A stretch of DNA of 64,000 nt from Botryllus schlosseri (GCA_051294905.1 CM119378.1:4094001-4158000); one strand, 5' to 3'. Positions 15,201 to 27,402 are shown, counted from the first letter of the stretch. Translations and numbers: made by a program. Notes: generated from the letters alone by a model not told the origin.

Positions 15201-18200
15201 TCGGAGTCAACTCTACTCAGAACCTGAAGAGTATGTGGTCGAGTGGTTAAGGCTACTAATCCGTTCTTCTCTGGTTCGAATCCCGTCCTTGACGTTTGGG
15301 GACGTAGCTCAGTGGTAGAGCGCACGCTTTGCATGTGTGAGGTCCCGGGTTCAATCCCCGGCGTCTCCATTGCCCTTTTGAGATGAAGTATGATAAATGT
15401 AATTTTGATCGTAGTTAAAGAGGACTACCAATTCAAAACGAGTCTCAATAGGACATGGGAGCAAGGTCCAGGAGCCTTATTTCTTCCAAAACAGGGGAGT
15501 TAAGTACTCACATCTGCTGTGAACCTAATTGCATAAAATGTAATATACTGTGATCATATTCAAAATCTGGCACGAAGTTTTGATGATTGAGTGCCGCTAA
15601 ATGCCTGAGATTAGTAATTGAAGAAACATCAACGGGAAATTTCGGTATATGTGTGGGCTCTTTGGAGCGCGTAAGGCTAGGTGGCCGAGTAGGTAAAGCG
15701 ATAGACTGCTAGTCCGTGCTCTGCACGGGTGGGTTCGAATCCCATCCTAAACATGTGGAGACGTGGTTCACTTCGCCAACTCAAAACAGGTCGCGGGCCA
15801 CTTTTCAAATTTCGTAGCGGCCACGGACCGCATGAATTCAATAACGATATAGACGAGGCCACACAGCTTAGCAACCACGTTTCAAAACTTTATGTCGGTA
15901 CAACGCTGTGCCATCTGACATAAGCGATAGGATGAAACAACAATAATGTGTTGAAACTGTATTGAATTTCAGCATTTCAAAATGCTTTTCTTAGCATTCT
16001 TCCGAAATCTCAAACCAAGTCCCGGGCCGCATGCGGGCCGCGAGCCGCGTGTTGGTGACCACTGCATTAGAGCATACACCATAATATAAAACAACAATTG
16101 AGCACACGACACTTGACTTGATAACTTTGAAACTTACCTCATATATAACCCGCATGCTCCGAATATGGTCTGTAAGGAGCATACCCATAGGTTTGTGCAG
16201 CTTACTTGCAATTTTATACTACATTCATTTATACGCAAGAGACCCTGGAATACTTCGAAATCGCTATTCTACTTGTACTCCATTATCACTACTTCTAATG
16301 GGGTTCCAATACTGACTACTTTGACCACCTCAGTTCAGATTTCAGAACACAATATGATCACCCGGCGTTCCTTACTTATACAATGCATTATAAAATGTTC
16401 TTTTCAATTCTCTACTATTTGAGGAGCTTCTTGGAGATACAGACTACAGAACTTCAATATACAATTGAATAGTATATTCATATTATATTATATTATTCGG
16501 GCTCATTTCAATATAAATGCATTATTCAATTCTCCGCTAGTTGCTGACGATTATCCCTGGTGACTGTCAGCTGAAAATATTCAGGTTTATTTCAGTATAT
16601 GGAAATTCTGTACCTCTGTGAGTCTCTTCAAATACATGAATACATGGCTTGAGAATCCTATCACGATGTATTCCACCAGATATTACGTCAGCACCGAAAC
16701 GTCCCCTCTCGAACGGCGGCTGTATTCCGTGAACACGTCCGACGAGACGAACGCACGCACCTGCTACACATGTGACAGCGATTGCAGTTACCTTGACGCT
16801 ACCATGTCGGATACTTCGGAATGGATCAACATCGACTGCTCCGGACCCGGAGTGCCGTATTCGGCGTTGATCAAGAACGACGGTACGTGTGGCGATTATT
16901 TGGGACATACGCAGATTATACAATTGAATAATATATCCATGTTGAGGTAAACCCGAATATTTACTATGACACTCATCCAGACTTGGACAGGTAGATGATT
17001 CTAATTTAATTAATTAGAACGAAATGCCGGTAATAGTATTCTAATCTAATTTGGTAAATGTTTCAGTGCTATTCTAATTCCAATCTAATTTTAGAATAGC
17101 TCATATGCTCTAATTTAAATTGTAATATTTTAATATACTTTTTGAAACTATTCACATGATTAAATTTAAATTTTCGTTTTCTGCTCCCAGTTGAAGTAAT
17201 TTTGACATGTCTTTGAAATCGCTGCTCGTACTTAAAATCAAGTAGAAAGTAGTTTAAAAATTTCCATTTCTCTACTTGAGTAGCAACGCTGACTACTTTA
17301 ACCGCCTATGGAAATATGCTATACTAAATTCCAGGTTCGGATACGACTCTTTACGAGTCGAATGCTGCGATGGCGGAAAGAGTGCTGAACGCTAAATTGC
17401 CGAATGTCTCGTACGAAACAGTTACCATAGACGGGGAGCTTGGGACGTACGGTATGAACTGGGCGTGCTCACGCTCATGCCTCACTGGTCGAAACCGAGT
17501 ACCGGTGTCATTCGAGTCAAGTGTTCGAGTGGCCCTTGTTGTTTGTAGTATTCATGGTGGTCATTTAGACCAGGCGTGTTTTCTTTATTTTGATTCCATA
17601 TCCGCCTATTTGTAGCACGGCCCACTTCTCGCTGCTGTAGTTGTTTTTGAATGGTTTGTATATTGGTGCTCGACTACAAATGGTCTTTTGCACCAGATCT
17701 ATGATGATAGTATTATACATCGTATTTTATCATCACAAATCTCGACCAGTGAGTAGAGCATATTCTATCACAGTATCCATTGTGAGAGGAATGATAAGTA
17801 ATGTTTCCAAGCGGAAAAGAACGACGTCTCTTATTTGGTCGCTTTGATACTGTCGAGGTCCTTCATGTTTGGTGCAGTGGTGACGTAATGTTCATCTGGT
17901 ACGCCACAGCTCTCTCACTCTCCGATATCGTGAATCCCCACTTCTAGTCATTTTAAGACACCGCTTGCGCGGATCAGATGGCGATTACTGCCCCTAATAT
18001 GATTTAGTAGTAGTGATGGTGGAATGTAAAGTTCAAAAATGAATCAAGGATAATACTGCAAGGCGTACGTCGACAACTAAAGTTGACATTTCTTGTTCAT
18101 GCCTTCTTCACAGGACTTTCTGACAATGCCGCGGTTCGATCACTATTTTTCAGAAATGTCGTTTCCATGAACGGGCGTATTCTTGTGTTACAATAGACTA

Positions 18201-21200
18201 TATATACTTTATTAAGATGCTGATAATGCAGGGGTGTCAAACATACGGCCCGCGAAGCAATATCTTGGAATTTTCAGTATGAAATACGTCCATTAAATAG
18301 CCCCTTAAGACAGCGAATGTCGAGTGTGTTTGAAAGCCACATAATAACTATATACCGGACAGCGGCGTTGTGGTTTCTAGTCGACATTAGAAGCAAGTCG
18401 CTGGTATTGACAACAAATTCCGAGAAGGCAAAAGAGTACATATTGAGCCTGGACTTTCATGGAAAAATTGTCTAGAAGCGAGTTATTCACAGAGGCGAAA
18501 ACGCCAATGCGGAACCCTTATATGCAGGTTATGTGGAGAATTACAGAAATATAATCCAAAAATATCTGATTGTAATGCTGGCTGCTACAGTACTTCTGAC
18601 TCGAAAGGTCTCCGGCTTCGAGAGAAACCCGAATCGCTATTCGCAATATAATAATTTGAAGTAGATTCCAACGTCCGTGTTTACAGTTCAATATTTTATA
18701 TTTATCACAACGCAAAACGCATACGCAGGGTTGACGCCAGGATACGACTAAAACAAAAGGAAGAATATAAACATGCCAACTTATATCATCATTAGAGCCA
18801 ATGTTTTCTCGGTATACAACAGTGTTCTGCCACCCCATCATATTATTGTCAAATCCATTGTTTGCTAATGAAGGTGACGCTAATATAGAACCCCTCATTT
18901 CCGAAATATAATGTAATATACGACCGTGTTTATAGCCTTGATAATACAGTATTCAAAATGAAAAGGGGCATGGATTTTGAAGTAATATTTTGGAATCATT
19001 TGACTGGTGCGGCCCGCTATCGATACAAAGTTGTGAATCCGGCCTGCGACGTCAGTTGAGTTTGACACCCCCGTGATAATGAGTTACGACCAGCAACCGA
19101 TGTTCAGGGGCTCCGCGATCGGATAAAAGTATCGTAATTATATCCTTCGTTGGTAAAAAAATGTCTTAGTTAGAAGGACATCTATTTCCGTTACTCGAAA
19201 CAATCGACTCGACTCAAATCATTAGTATTGATGCTTGAATCGTTCTGCTCAGTCCTACCCAACGCTGGGAAACCATTCAACTACATTTCCAATGGAAACG
19301 CAGTGGGTCAAATGACAGCAATGTATTTCGATACGTGACTTGTCATATTGTAGTAATGCAGTGAATGCGATTCGTTTTCAAACCTGTGTTTCCGTGTGCG
19401 AGTTCCATGTAGTATTACTCCATAAATTTCTTTGAAGTCTGCGTATAGCTCGTTGATGCGAGGTCTGATTTGTAAAATGTCACGTATACTTTTAATGCAT
19501 CATGCACTCTCGTATCCTTTCCCGCGTGGTTAATCTCGACGATCGTGTTACGATATTACATTCTGTTGCAGATTTCCAAGCCAAAGTCTATTTACCGCCA
19601 AATCTAAAACCGGGAGATGATGTCCCTGTACTTCTCTCGGTGTAAGTATTCCATCTATTCCTTATCATTTGTTTCCCTGTTCGCAATTATGGTTTTGACG
19701 AATATAGCAGAGTACCTGCCACCGACCAACTCAACTTTAATCCAAATCTGTATATATTTATTAACATGGGCGGACTAGCAAATTAGTCGGCCCGGAAATT
19801 TCGAAACAAATACTGCCCACAAGCTACTCCGCGCTTGATCATTAAGAACACAACTCAAGCCAAAATATAATGTAATGGTTGTAGGGTTTGATTTAAAACA
19901 AATATCAATTTAAAACAGACATCTTTAAAACAAGGCCCTTATTTCAAACATGTTTTTTATTGTTTTTTTGTTTTTGTTTTTTTGAAGCCATGACGTCAGG
20001 AAAATTCAATTGTGACGTCATAGTGGATTGACATTGACAATTGAAAATATAGGGTAATACAGCACCTTCGACGACATATCTGTACTATTGCTGTTGAATC
20101 TACTATTTTGAGGCTTCTAACCATCCCATATCGATATATATCGGCTATATTGGTCGGTAATTGGCCGTAGGCTTATACAACAGGTTTTTTCGAGTGTATT
20201 TACACAATTATGGCATAATTTTACAACTTGAAAAAATACCAGTTTTGTTTTTTGTAAAAAGGCCTTTGTTTTAAACATGTTCTGAACAAATTGTTTTAAA
20301 ATACCGTTTGTTTTAAATGCAACCCTAAATGGTGGCGATTGTTTCTTCTCCACAAGCTGATCTAGGCTTGGTGCAACCAAGTCGAATGACGCATACAGTA
20401 TTTAACTATACATTCGATGAAGACATTTCTTTCATCATACAATCTCGCTTTGCCTATACGCAGGTATGGCGGGCCAGGATATCAGTCTGTTTCGACTCGG
20501 TTACACTTAAATTGGGACACGTATCTCGTCGTGAACCGGCAAATTGCTGTGGTCGCCTTTGACGGACGAGGTTCATCATTTCGGGGATCGAACGTAATGA
20601 AGGAGGTCAACCGAAGACTCGGCACTTACGAGATAGAGGATCAGATCACCGCGCTCAAGTATGGCTTCCTACATTTGTCTCATTCCTTTCAAGTGTATGC
20701 GATTCCATATGCGTATTCGATCTTAGCTATCTGACAATGAGTTTGCATACGGGCTGTTGCCGTGAGACGAGGTGGCCGAGTGGATTAAGCCGTTGTGCTC
20801 TGCACATGTGGGTTGGAATCCGTCCTCGTCGTGGGGGGACGTAGCTCAGTGGTAGAGCGCACGCTTCGCATGTGTGAGGTCCCGGGTTCAATCCCCGGCG
20901 TCTCCATTCCATTTTTGAGATGAAGCAGGATGCACGCGTGGGTTCGAATCCCATCCTCGTCGTGGGGTGACGGAACTCAGGCTTAGATCGCACGCTTCGC
21001 ATGTACCCGGGTTCAATTCGCGGCGTGTCCACCGTTTTGCTGCAGAAACTGTCGTTTTGCAGTTAGTCGCCAAGTTATTCATTCATTTCAAGCTCTCAAA
21101 AGGTGACCGAGGTAACCGAGTGGTTAAGGAGATGGACTGCGGATCCATTGCGCTCTGCACCCGTGGGTTCGAATCCCATCCTCGTCGTGTGGGGGACGTA

Positions 21201-24200
21201 GCTCAGTGGTAGAGCGCACGCTTCGCATGTGTGACGTCCCGGGTTCAATCCCCGGCGTCTCCATTCAACTTTTGAGATGAAATATAATAAATGTAGTTAA
21301 ACAAGGCTCCCAATTGTCTAGAGTAATAATTTCCAGTATCCCCGAATCAGAGAACTTAGGTACTAACATCCGCTATGAACCTAATTTCATAAAATGTAAT
21401 ATAAATAAATGTAATAATATATATTTATGCATATGCCTGGGTTCAATTCCCGGCGTGTCCAGCGTTTTGTGCAGAAACGGTCGTTTTGCAGTGAGTCGCC
21501 AAGTTATTCATTCATGTCAAGCTCTCAAAAGGTGACCGTAGGACGAGGAGTCGAGTGGTTAAGGATATGGACTGCTGGTCCATTGTGCACTCCGCGCCCA
21601 CGCTCGAACCCTATCCCCGTCCTGTGTGGACAGTGGCTCAGGGCTCAGTACCCGGCTTCTATCCACTTCCAATTTGATGCCAAGAAATAATTATATAATA
21701 TAGTCGGAGTGCAATAGTCCAAGCCACTTAATTAAGCATGCGAGACTTGACTTTATAATTTTGAGAGTGCCCTCATGTACAATCCGCACGCTCCCATGGA
21801 CCAGAGGTGGTCAGTTGACGAAGTCATCCTACTTTTTTTCGAAGTATTTCTTGCTTACTTGCATTACTTCCCCGACTGGTTATGATTTTAGATTATATGA
21901 TTTATCTTATAGGTCACAGTATTCGGCTTTTTATGCACAGCTAGCCCTATGATACTTACCGAGCAAACAGTAAAGACGTTACTTCGACTTCGACTTGAGT
22001 AAAAACGATTGCTACTTTGACTGCCTCTGCTAAGGCGTATCGTCGGCTATCGCTAAGCCATATCGTCGCTGCGGGATCAAATTAGCTTATGTCCAATGTC
22101 CATATTACTCAGTTCGAGAAAATTAACTTTATGTAAAGTTTCCATTTTCTTTCTTCCATACCTTGGCCATGGCTAGCCTTGAAGAAAAGATGTCAAACAA
22201 AACTTGAACAAGATATCGCCGAAAAGATATGAAAATATAACAAGAACATGCCGGTTTGCTGTCAATTTGGAAAATATATCTCAAAAATTATAAAAAAAAG
22301 GACATAAGCTAAGATTCCACCGCGACGACATGCGAGGTCTGCACTTTACTTCCTATATCTCCATCAGTCATGTCTCAGTATCAGTAATCAATTGAAGAAT
22401 TCACATTGAAATATACACGAATATTTTTTGCTCACACTGGTCACGGGTAATCACCAGCCGAAAGTTTATTTCAATGTGTATATATGTTTCAATTGTAAAT
22501 TACACTTCTATGTCTCCTAGACTAGAGTCTCATCGCATCTTTGCATATAGTTGAAATGTATTCCACCAGGGAAATCATGAAGCGTCATCCAGTCCTGAAC
22601 CGGAACAAGGTCGGCGTCATGGGCTGGTCTTACGGCGGATACGCGGCCATGAAGGTGGCGATTCATCCCACGTCTCTGGAGAGCGACTTGATGAAGTGCG
22701 TGATCGCCGTCGCGCCGGTGACGAATTGGAAACTGTACGACTCCATGTATACGGAGAGATACATGGGCTCGCCGGAATACAACTACAGAAATTATGAGGT
22801 GCTTGACCATTTATTGGTGACCTTTAAGGCCCTAATCATCGATCATTCTCTTTGGTATTTTCAGAATAGGCATGCATTTGAATGCAAATATAATCATACC
22901 CCTGCTAGATAAGACTACTTGTGGGACATAATTCACTGTTAATTCTGTAATGAATAGACAGTACATAGAATACGAGGGCCGGTGTAATGTGAAGCGTGCG
23001 CCACATCAACATGATGCTTCGCACAACGCCTACTGAAGCTTTACAACAGTGTTATCTAAACGTTTTTACATAACGCCCCCTTGACCAATAATCCAGGTAT
23101 CAAACGCCCCTCACCCCTTAAAATCGACACAAATGTGACTTGTATTGTTTATCACTCACAGAAACGATGTTATAGCTCATGGCTATTTTGGTTAATATAG
23201 TCTATAGCAGAGGTCTCAAACTAAAATATACTCGCGGGCCAGTTTTCCCGTTTTGACGACGCAGCGGGCCGCAGCATTTATAGGGGTATTCTATGTCTTT
23301 CCAAGTAGGCCTTATTTGGCGGGAATGAATTGTCCTATTGAAAGTGAGCCGATCAAGCAGACTATCAGTAAACACACATCGTCAAAATGTGATTTACTCT
23401 TGTATAAATTTAGGCCTGACAAGAAAAGAATCATCACATTTATAACTATTTGAATAGAATTGTTGTTGTACTTGATTTAAATTAATTATAACATATAGAC
23501 ACCATATGGGCGGACAAATGTGTGATGCCATTATAAAAGCTATCGGGTTATAATCTTGCAGCTACTATGAATATTTTGAATTGAACAGATTGATAATAGA
23601 GACTGATCTGATATCAAAACATTTTTAGGTTGAGCATTTTAGGTTGAACATTCCAATCCAGGATTCGGGTATACTTCTGATAAGTAGGCTAATAATCTCA
23701 TGGCCAAATATCTTCAAATATAGGAGCAGAAACAAATATAAATATATTAATGAATGTGTCCTAGTGACTGAAATGTCGGAACGCCGAACGGCCCATTGTT
23801 GTTACATCGTTGGAGCTTACCACTACGGTACTCGGTAGTCGGTACCGGTAAGTGGCCTCAAAAACATGGTTTAGCGACCAAAGATGTAACTGACAGATGA
23901 TTACCAATGCTTGCCATAACTACTTGCTTAATTAGCGAAATACCAAGCTGCGACCTTCTGATCTATTACTATTCCCCTGATACGCGATTAGTTTGTTGCG
24001 TCCATGGTTATAACAAATTCACGCCATTCCGAGTCACTCCGAGAGTCCATTCGGGTCATCTTCATTTTACCATCGAGTTAGCCCGAGTCTGAGTAATTCT
24101 AAGAAAGGTCGCGTCCAAGTCCAACTCACAAATTTCAGTCACGAATCGTCTAAGGGTCATCCTGAATTGTAAATGTGGCGAAATTGTGAATATTCCACTG

Positions 24201-26766
24201 CATGGTAGCGTTTGCATTTGATGTGATAGTGAAGTTTGATGAATTGTTTCAGGCTTCTGGGGCAATTTAAAAGGGGATTTTGACTTTATAACATGAAAAG
24301 ATATATGTGACACTAAAATATTTTCAAATTATTAAAAATCTAAAATGTCGTCGCGGGCCGCACAAAATCTTCTGGCGGGCCGCATGCGGCCCGCGGGCCG
24401 CGTGTTTGAGACCTCTGGTCTATAGGCAGTATAGGTTGCATGTTATTTCAAAGTCACAATTCTGTAGAAATCTCAGAACAGACAACATCAAGGAATAAAA
24501 TCGTAATAACGTCCCAGGGGCGCTGACGCCCACATGGGGAACCAGTGAATTACAACAGCCCAATTTACCCTTTTTAACGGCTGGGAATTATTTCCAGATG
24601 TATGCGAAATCGCTATGATATCATGATCAAATGTCACGGTGATTTATGATGATAAAATGCCTAAACAGTCCCACCTACTACGTTTTATATGAATGGTTGC
24701 TGAAACCCGTTTATTACTATCTGTCGTCCAAGATGGCTGTTTGATTGAACGACTTCATTCCAAGTTGTTTCGACTCCTGCCTATATCTTTCCAATGGATC
24801 GCGAACCTATGGTGTTTTGAAATGACGAAATTATTTGAACTGAAGTGAACTCTCTACCTATATAGGCCTACGTAACGGTACACGTGTCAGGCGTACCAAA
24901 TGTGATTTTTCGCGAAGGAGTTGGATATTACGAATTACGAATTGACTCCGCCATTTTACTAATATCTCTTTCGTTGTAAACCTAGGAGTCGAGTGTGCTC
25001 AGGCAGGCGTCCAAGTTCAAAAACTTCGAATTCCTCCTCGTACACGGCTTGAAAGATGACAACGTGCACTTCGAAAATACAGCCGAGTTGGAGAGGGAAC
25101 TGGTACAAAAAGGAATAGTTCACAGATATCAGGTGGGGTTTGTATTTGCAACGAAGACAAGAGATGCACGATCTATCTAACACGCCTTCTGCGCTGGTTT
25201 CGGTTGTGATAGTGTGTCGTTAAGTAGAATATCCGTCCTGCTTAATTCGTGGGGAATATTGTTCTAAGGTTTGGTAATAAGCCTGGCATCAAATGTAGTC
25301 GGTAACGTAGTACGTCTACTTTTACGTAGGCGCAATACTTGATCGGGCGGTTATGCCGTCGTTTTGCGTGAATCGTGACACCGGTGTACTGTTGTGCGAT
25401 TTTATAGCAGCCCCCGCTAGTTCAGTGTCATCACCAAAGGTGGCCAAAGTAGTCAAAAAAGTTACTCAAGTAGAAGTAGAAGTGGCGACGAAAAAATCTA
25501 CTCGAGTACGAGTAGAATTACATCTTCCATAAGCCACCTAAAACTACTTGAAGTAGAAGTAGAATAGTAAGTACGGTAGTTTTGAAAACAGTCTTAATAG
25601 AGGCATTACTACACCTGCTTTTATGCTTCAACATGTAGGTTCTGCAGACAAAAGAACTAAATGTAATTAGAACTCAAAGTATGATACTCCGAATATCATA
25701 CTCGGAATTGAAAGTGAAATACAAATACCACTTCTAAAAAGTGGAAAATATATTTTATGTATTTTGCCCATAAAGCTTCAAGGTGATCTGCTAAAACGTT
25801 CCAAAAAGCCGGATTTTCCAGATAGCAGGACACGTCATGGGCTGCTAGATAACGATAGGATAGGTAATTGCTAGATTGCGAAACGGTAGTTTCAAACGTT
25901 ATGGCGGGCCATGTTTACTGTGATGAAATATTTGATATGGGCGACAATGCGGTGGGAGCGGAGCCATAAGCAATCCGGTACCTGAATTATATTCACTGAT
26001 ACTTTCTTGAAAGATAGCTGTGACTCCATAACTACTTTGCGCGAAGCGCAACAAAATTTCTGGGCTTCACTTGACTTTTATGAATATTAATTGTTGGTAC
26101 TCCGTGAAAACAGCCCCAACATTCCTCAGGCTATCTTTCGTATCGGGGGATTAAACTACTTCTACTTGATAAACTGAAAATAGCGAGCATTAAGTAAGTA
26201 GATCACAAAATATTTCGAAGTAGAAGAAGAAGTAGAGAAAATCAGATCTACTTGAGTAAGTACCAGAAGTAGAGGAAAACTACTTGAGTACTTCCAAAAA
26301 GTAGAAGTACTTCGTCACTGACCACCTCTGGTCATCACTACTAACCGTGGCGTATCTAGGGTATAAGTTTTGGGGTTCGCAGCCCCTCCCATTCTAAACT
26401 TGTACTGATGTTCATGTAGAACGCCGATCAGATTACTATTAAATATAAATTAATAAGTCGCTTCGGCATTCAGTCTAGGTAATTATGTTTCCGTTCGTTA
26501 TAGTAGTTGCGCATTTTTAAAACTCGTTAGTACTAGCATTTTGAAAATCCAGTAGTTTGTATAAGTCTGCCCCTCTCTGCAAAGCTGTTTATAACCGGAT
26601 TCGGATGGTTGTATCCAAATATCCGGAACTGATCCGCCCAACTGATCTTCTCTATGTATAGGTTTACACCGACGAGGCGCATTCTTTGACGAACGACCCC
26701 AGAACGCGAAAACATCTTTTCCGCATGATGACGCAATTTTTGACGGAATGCTACGGAAGCACGTGA
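288..26766 (+). CDS. DPP4: Dipeptidyl peptidase IV-family (S9B; DPP4/FAP-like) serine peptidase, multi-exon, 5'-partial (N-terminal anchor exon(s) lie upstream of the window)
   Basis: GT-AG exons with consistent phases: 288-383, 1897-1982, 2601-2675, 3815-3867, 5621-5814, 9778-9905, 9966-10084, 10969-11155, 14439-14546, 14605-14687, 16680-16882, 17335-17451, 19572-19641, 20464-20658, 22570-22798, 24986-25132, 26662-26766 (TGA); about 730 codons. Motifs: YRYS, NGVCDWMYEEE, YPKPGYTNP, VYGGPG, DGRGS, GWSYGG (Ser), LYDSMYTERYMG, HGLKDDNVH (Asp), YTDEAHSL (His). The symbol marks the family; one-to-one orthology is not established. Confidence 0.93.
835..1568. mobile_element. Non-autonomous hAT-type element (CAGGGGTGTCAAAC ends), degenerate copy
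   Basis: Starts caggggtgtcaaac and ends gtttgacacaattg. Internal sequence is collinear with the copy at 18229-19073. TSD not clean. Confidence 0.75.
5190..5476 (+). repeat. Dispersed LINE/SINE-like 3' end terminating in an (ATG)n microsatellite tail
   Basis: The block tacttttcattcagtgtgc...gtgggtgtct...gtatcgca...gataaaattg recurs at ~10130-10380, ~40030-40200 and ~55230-55480, and inverted at ~55045-55140. An aataaa-like motif plus short-repeat tail is typical of CR1/L2-class 3' ends (class is inference). Confidence 0.6.
6651..6732 (+). tRNA. tRNA-Ser (GCT)
   Basis: 82-nt cloverleaf GACGAGG...CCTCGTCG; anticodon arm ATGGA-CT-GCT-AA-TCCAT; long variable arm; A and B boxes intact. Confidence 0.96.
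6736..6807 (+). tRNA. tRNA-Ala (CGC), variant copy (G4>A acceptor-stem mismatch and one T-stem C>T)
   Basis: 72 nt; anticodon arm CACGC-TT-CGC-AT-GTGTG; G3:U70 Ala identity pair; 3 nt downstream of the Ser gene; T4 run just after. Confidence 0.85.
7429..8804. mobile_element. MITE family with (AATTCT)n internal repeats and cagacttggacaactag / ctagttgtccaagtttg termini
   Basis: Inverted termini at both ends. Fragments of the same family occur at ~5975-6257, 9480-9670, 11920-12250, 13980-14290, 16978-17130, 38940-39230 and 40480-40612. Confidence 0.7.
9026..9107 (+). tRNA. tRNA-Ser (GCT)
   Basis: Identical to 6651-6732. Confidence 0.96.
9110..9181 (+). tRNA. tRNA-Ala (CGC)
   Basis: GGGGACG...CGTCTCCA, perfect cloverleaf; 2-nt spacer (TG) after Ser. 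Confidence 0.96.
12813..12894 (+). tRNA. tRNA-Ser (GCT)
   Basis: Identical to the other intact Ser copies. Confidence 0.96.
12898..12969 (+). tRNA. tRNA-Ala (CGC)
   Basis: Perfect copy; 3-nt spacer (CGT) after Ser; TTTT follows. Confidence 0.96.
13018..13835. mobile_element. Non-autonomous hAT-type element directly downstream of the tRNA pair
   Basis: Termini cagggatggacaaact / agtttacccaccgctg. Internal sequence is the reverse complement of the element at 42938-44198. The same left end appears at ~6867 and ~9228. Confidence 0.7.
15228..15294 (+). pseudogene. Decayed tRNA-Ser
   Basis: Retains gtggtcgagtggttaaggc and ggttcgaatccc; anticodon and variable arms deleted. Confidence 0.75.
15298..15369 (+). 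tRNA. tRNA-Ala (TGC), single-base anticodon variant of the CGC gene
   Basis: Identical to the Ala(CGC) copies except the loop TT-TGC-AT (15330-15332). Confidence 0.88.
15675..15770 (+). pseudogene. Decayed tRNA-Ser followed by a 5' remnant of tRNA-Ala
   Basis: aggtggccgagtaggtaaagcgatagactgctagtccgtgctctgcacgggtgggttcgaatccc...ggagacgtggttca. Confidence 0.7.
18229..19073. mobile_element. Non-autonomous hAT element with 8-bp TSD TGATAATG
   Basis: TIRs caggggtgtcaaac / gtttgacacccccg flanked by tgataatg on both sides. Confidence 0.88.
19882..20327. mobile_element. TAGGGTT-ended hAT-type MITE
   Basis: tagggtttg / tgcaacccta ends with near-TSD aatggttg/aatggtgg. Relatives at ~10620-10931 and 43301-43824 (near-TSD tttatgac/cttatgac). 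Confidence 0.72.
20766..20831 (+). pseudogene. tRNA-Ser pseudogene (anticodon arm deleted)
   Basis: gacgaggtggccgagtggattaagccgttgtgctctgcac...cctcgtcg. Confidence 0.8.
20835..20906 (+). tRNA. tRNA-Ala (CGC)
   Basis: Perfect 72-nt copy followed by T5. Confidence 0.94.
20931..21031 (+). pseudogene. 3' half of tRNA-Ser plus a decayed tRNA-Ala
   Basis: tgcacgcgtgggttcgaatcccatcctcgtcg then ggggtgacggaactcagg...gttcaattcgcggcgtgtcca. Confidence 0.75.
21105..21187 (+). pseudogene. tRNA-Ser-derived pseudogene (anticodon loop mutated to CT-GCG-GA, D-arm changes)
   Basis: Ser body with multiple substitutions and an insertion near the 5' end. Confidence 0.75.
21192..21263 (+). tRNA. tRNA-Ala (CGC), one variable-loop substitution
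   Basis: Cloverleaf intact; GAGGTC>GACGTC. Confidence 0.88.
21432..21650 (+). pseudogene. Ala 3' fragment plus a heavily decayed Ser/Ala pair
   Basis: cctgggttcaattcccggcgtgtcca; gacgaggagtcgagtggttaaggatatggactgctggtcc...; the tail resembles 9280-9347. Confidence 0.65.
23208..24417. mobile_element. Non-autonomous hAT (Buster-like) element, TSD GTCTATAG
   Basis: TIRs cagaggtctcaaac / gtttgagacctctg with a perfect 8-bp TSD; same family as 35059-38507. Confidence 0.9.
25435..26330. mobile_element. hAT-type MITE with AGTAGAAGT subterminal repeats, TSD GTCATCAC
   Basis: caaaggtggcc / gaccacctctg ends with an 8-bp TSD. Relatives at ~21802-22029 and 29800-30603. Confidence 0.85.
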
Positions 26767-27320
26767 CACAAGAGAATAATTGCGCATCCGTATTGACTTG
26801 GGAGCCGGTATAGTCAATCGAACTGGGGAATGGCGACTTGTGGGCAAGAATGTGCGGACCGCACGTCGTGGCATCGCTTCTGAACGCGGACGGTGCACCA
26901 CGTTCTGAAGACGATTTCAATCAGCATGACTTCAAACAAGATAAATACAATTACAAAATTGCAATCTCAAAATTTATGACGCCACTATTGGCGTAGCCAG
27001 ATGATCATAGTGGAACGCGACTCCCAATAGAAAATGAGTTTCCCAAGCGGTCACCATGTCTCAATAGGTGAATAGGAGCTTGGATTTCTAATATCCATAG
27101 TAACCTTATTTCCTTGAAACAGAGAAGTAACAGAATATGTACTGATACCTGCTATGAACATAATTGTATAAAATATAATAGGTAATATAGTGCGATTTTA
27201 TTCAGAATGCGTGGAAGATACAGTTTTAACGATATGTTGGCGTTAAATACAAGAGATTACCAGTTGGAGAAACCGAACTGGGCTATTGCGGTCTAGGTAC
27301 AGGCAATGCGGAGGGTAGAG

Positions 27321-27402
27321 GACGAGGTGGCCGAGTGGTTAAGGCGATGGACTGCTAATCCGTTGTGCTTTGCATTTGTGGGTTTGGATCCCGTCTTCTC
27401 CG
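27321..27402 (+). pseudogene. tRNA-Ser(GCT) with a degenerate 3' half
   Basis: 5' half perfect; B-box is ggtttggatcc and the acceptor 3' strand is mismatched. Confidence 0.8.

Noticed and set aside
21105..21187. Apparent Ser-body tRNA with a GCG (Arg) anticodon, suggesting recoding
   Set aside because: It carries several additional D-arm, anticodon-loop and stem lesions, so it is best read as a pseudogene.
16666..22569. Identical 14-mer atgtattccaccag at two DPP4 acceptors (16666-16679 and 22556-22569)
   Set aside because: No further similarity on either side; consistent with chance plus acceptor constraints.
26498..26920. Antisense ORFs over the last DPP4 exon, and possible read-through of the TGA at 26764-26766
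   Set aside because: Antisense shadows of coding sequence. Read-through would add only 9 residues before the next TGA, and the context is not the TGA-CTAG motif.
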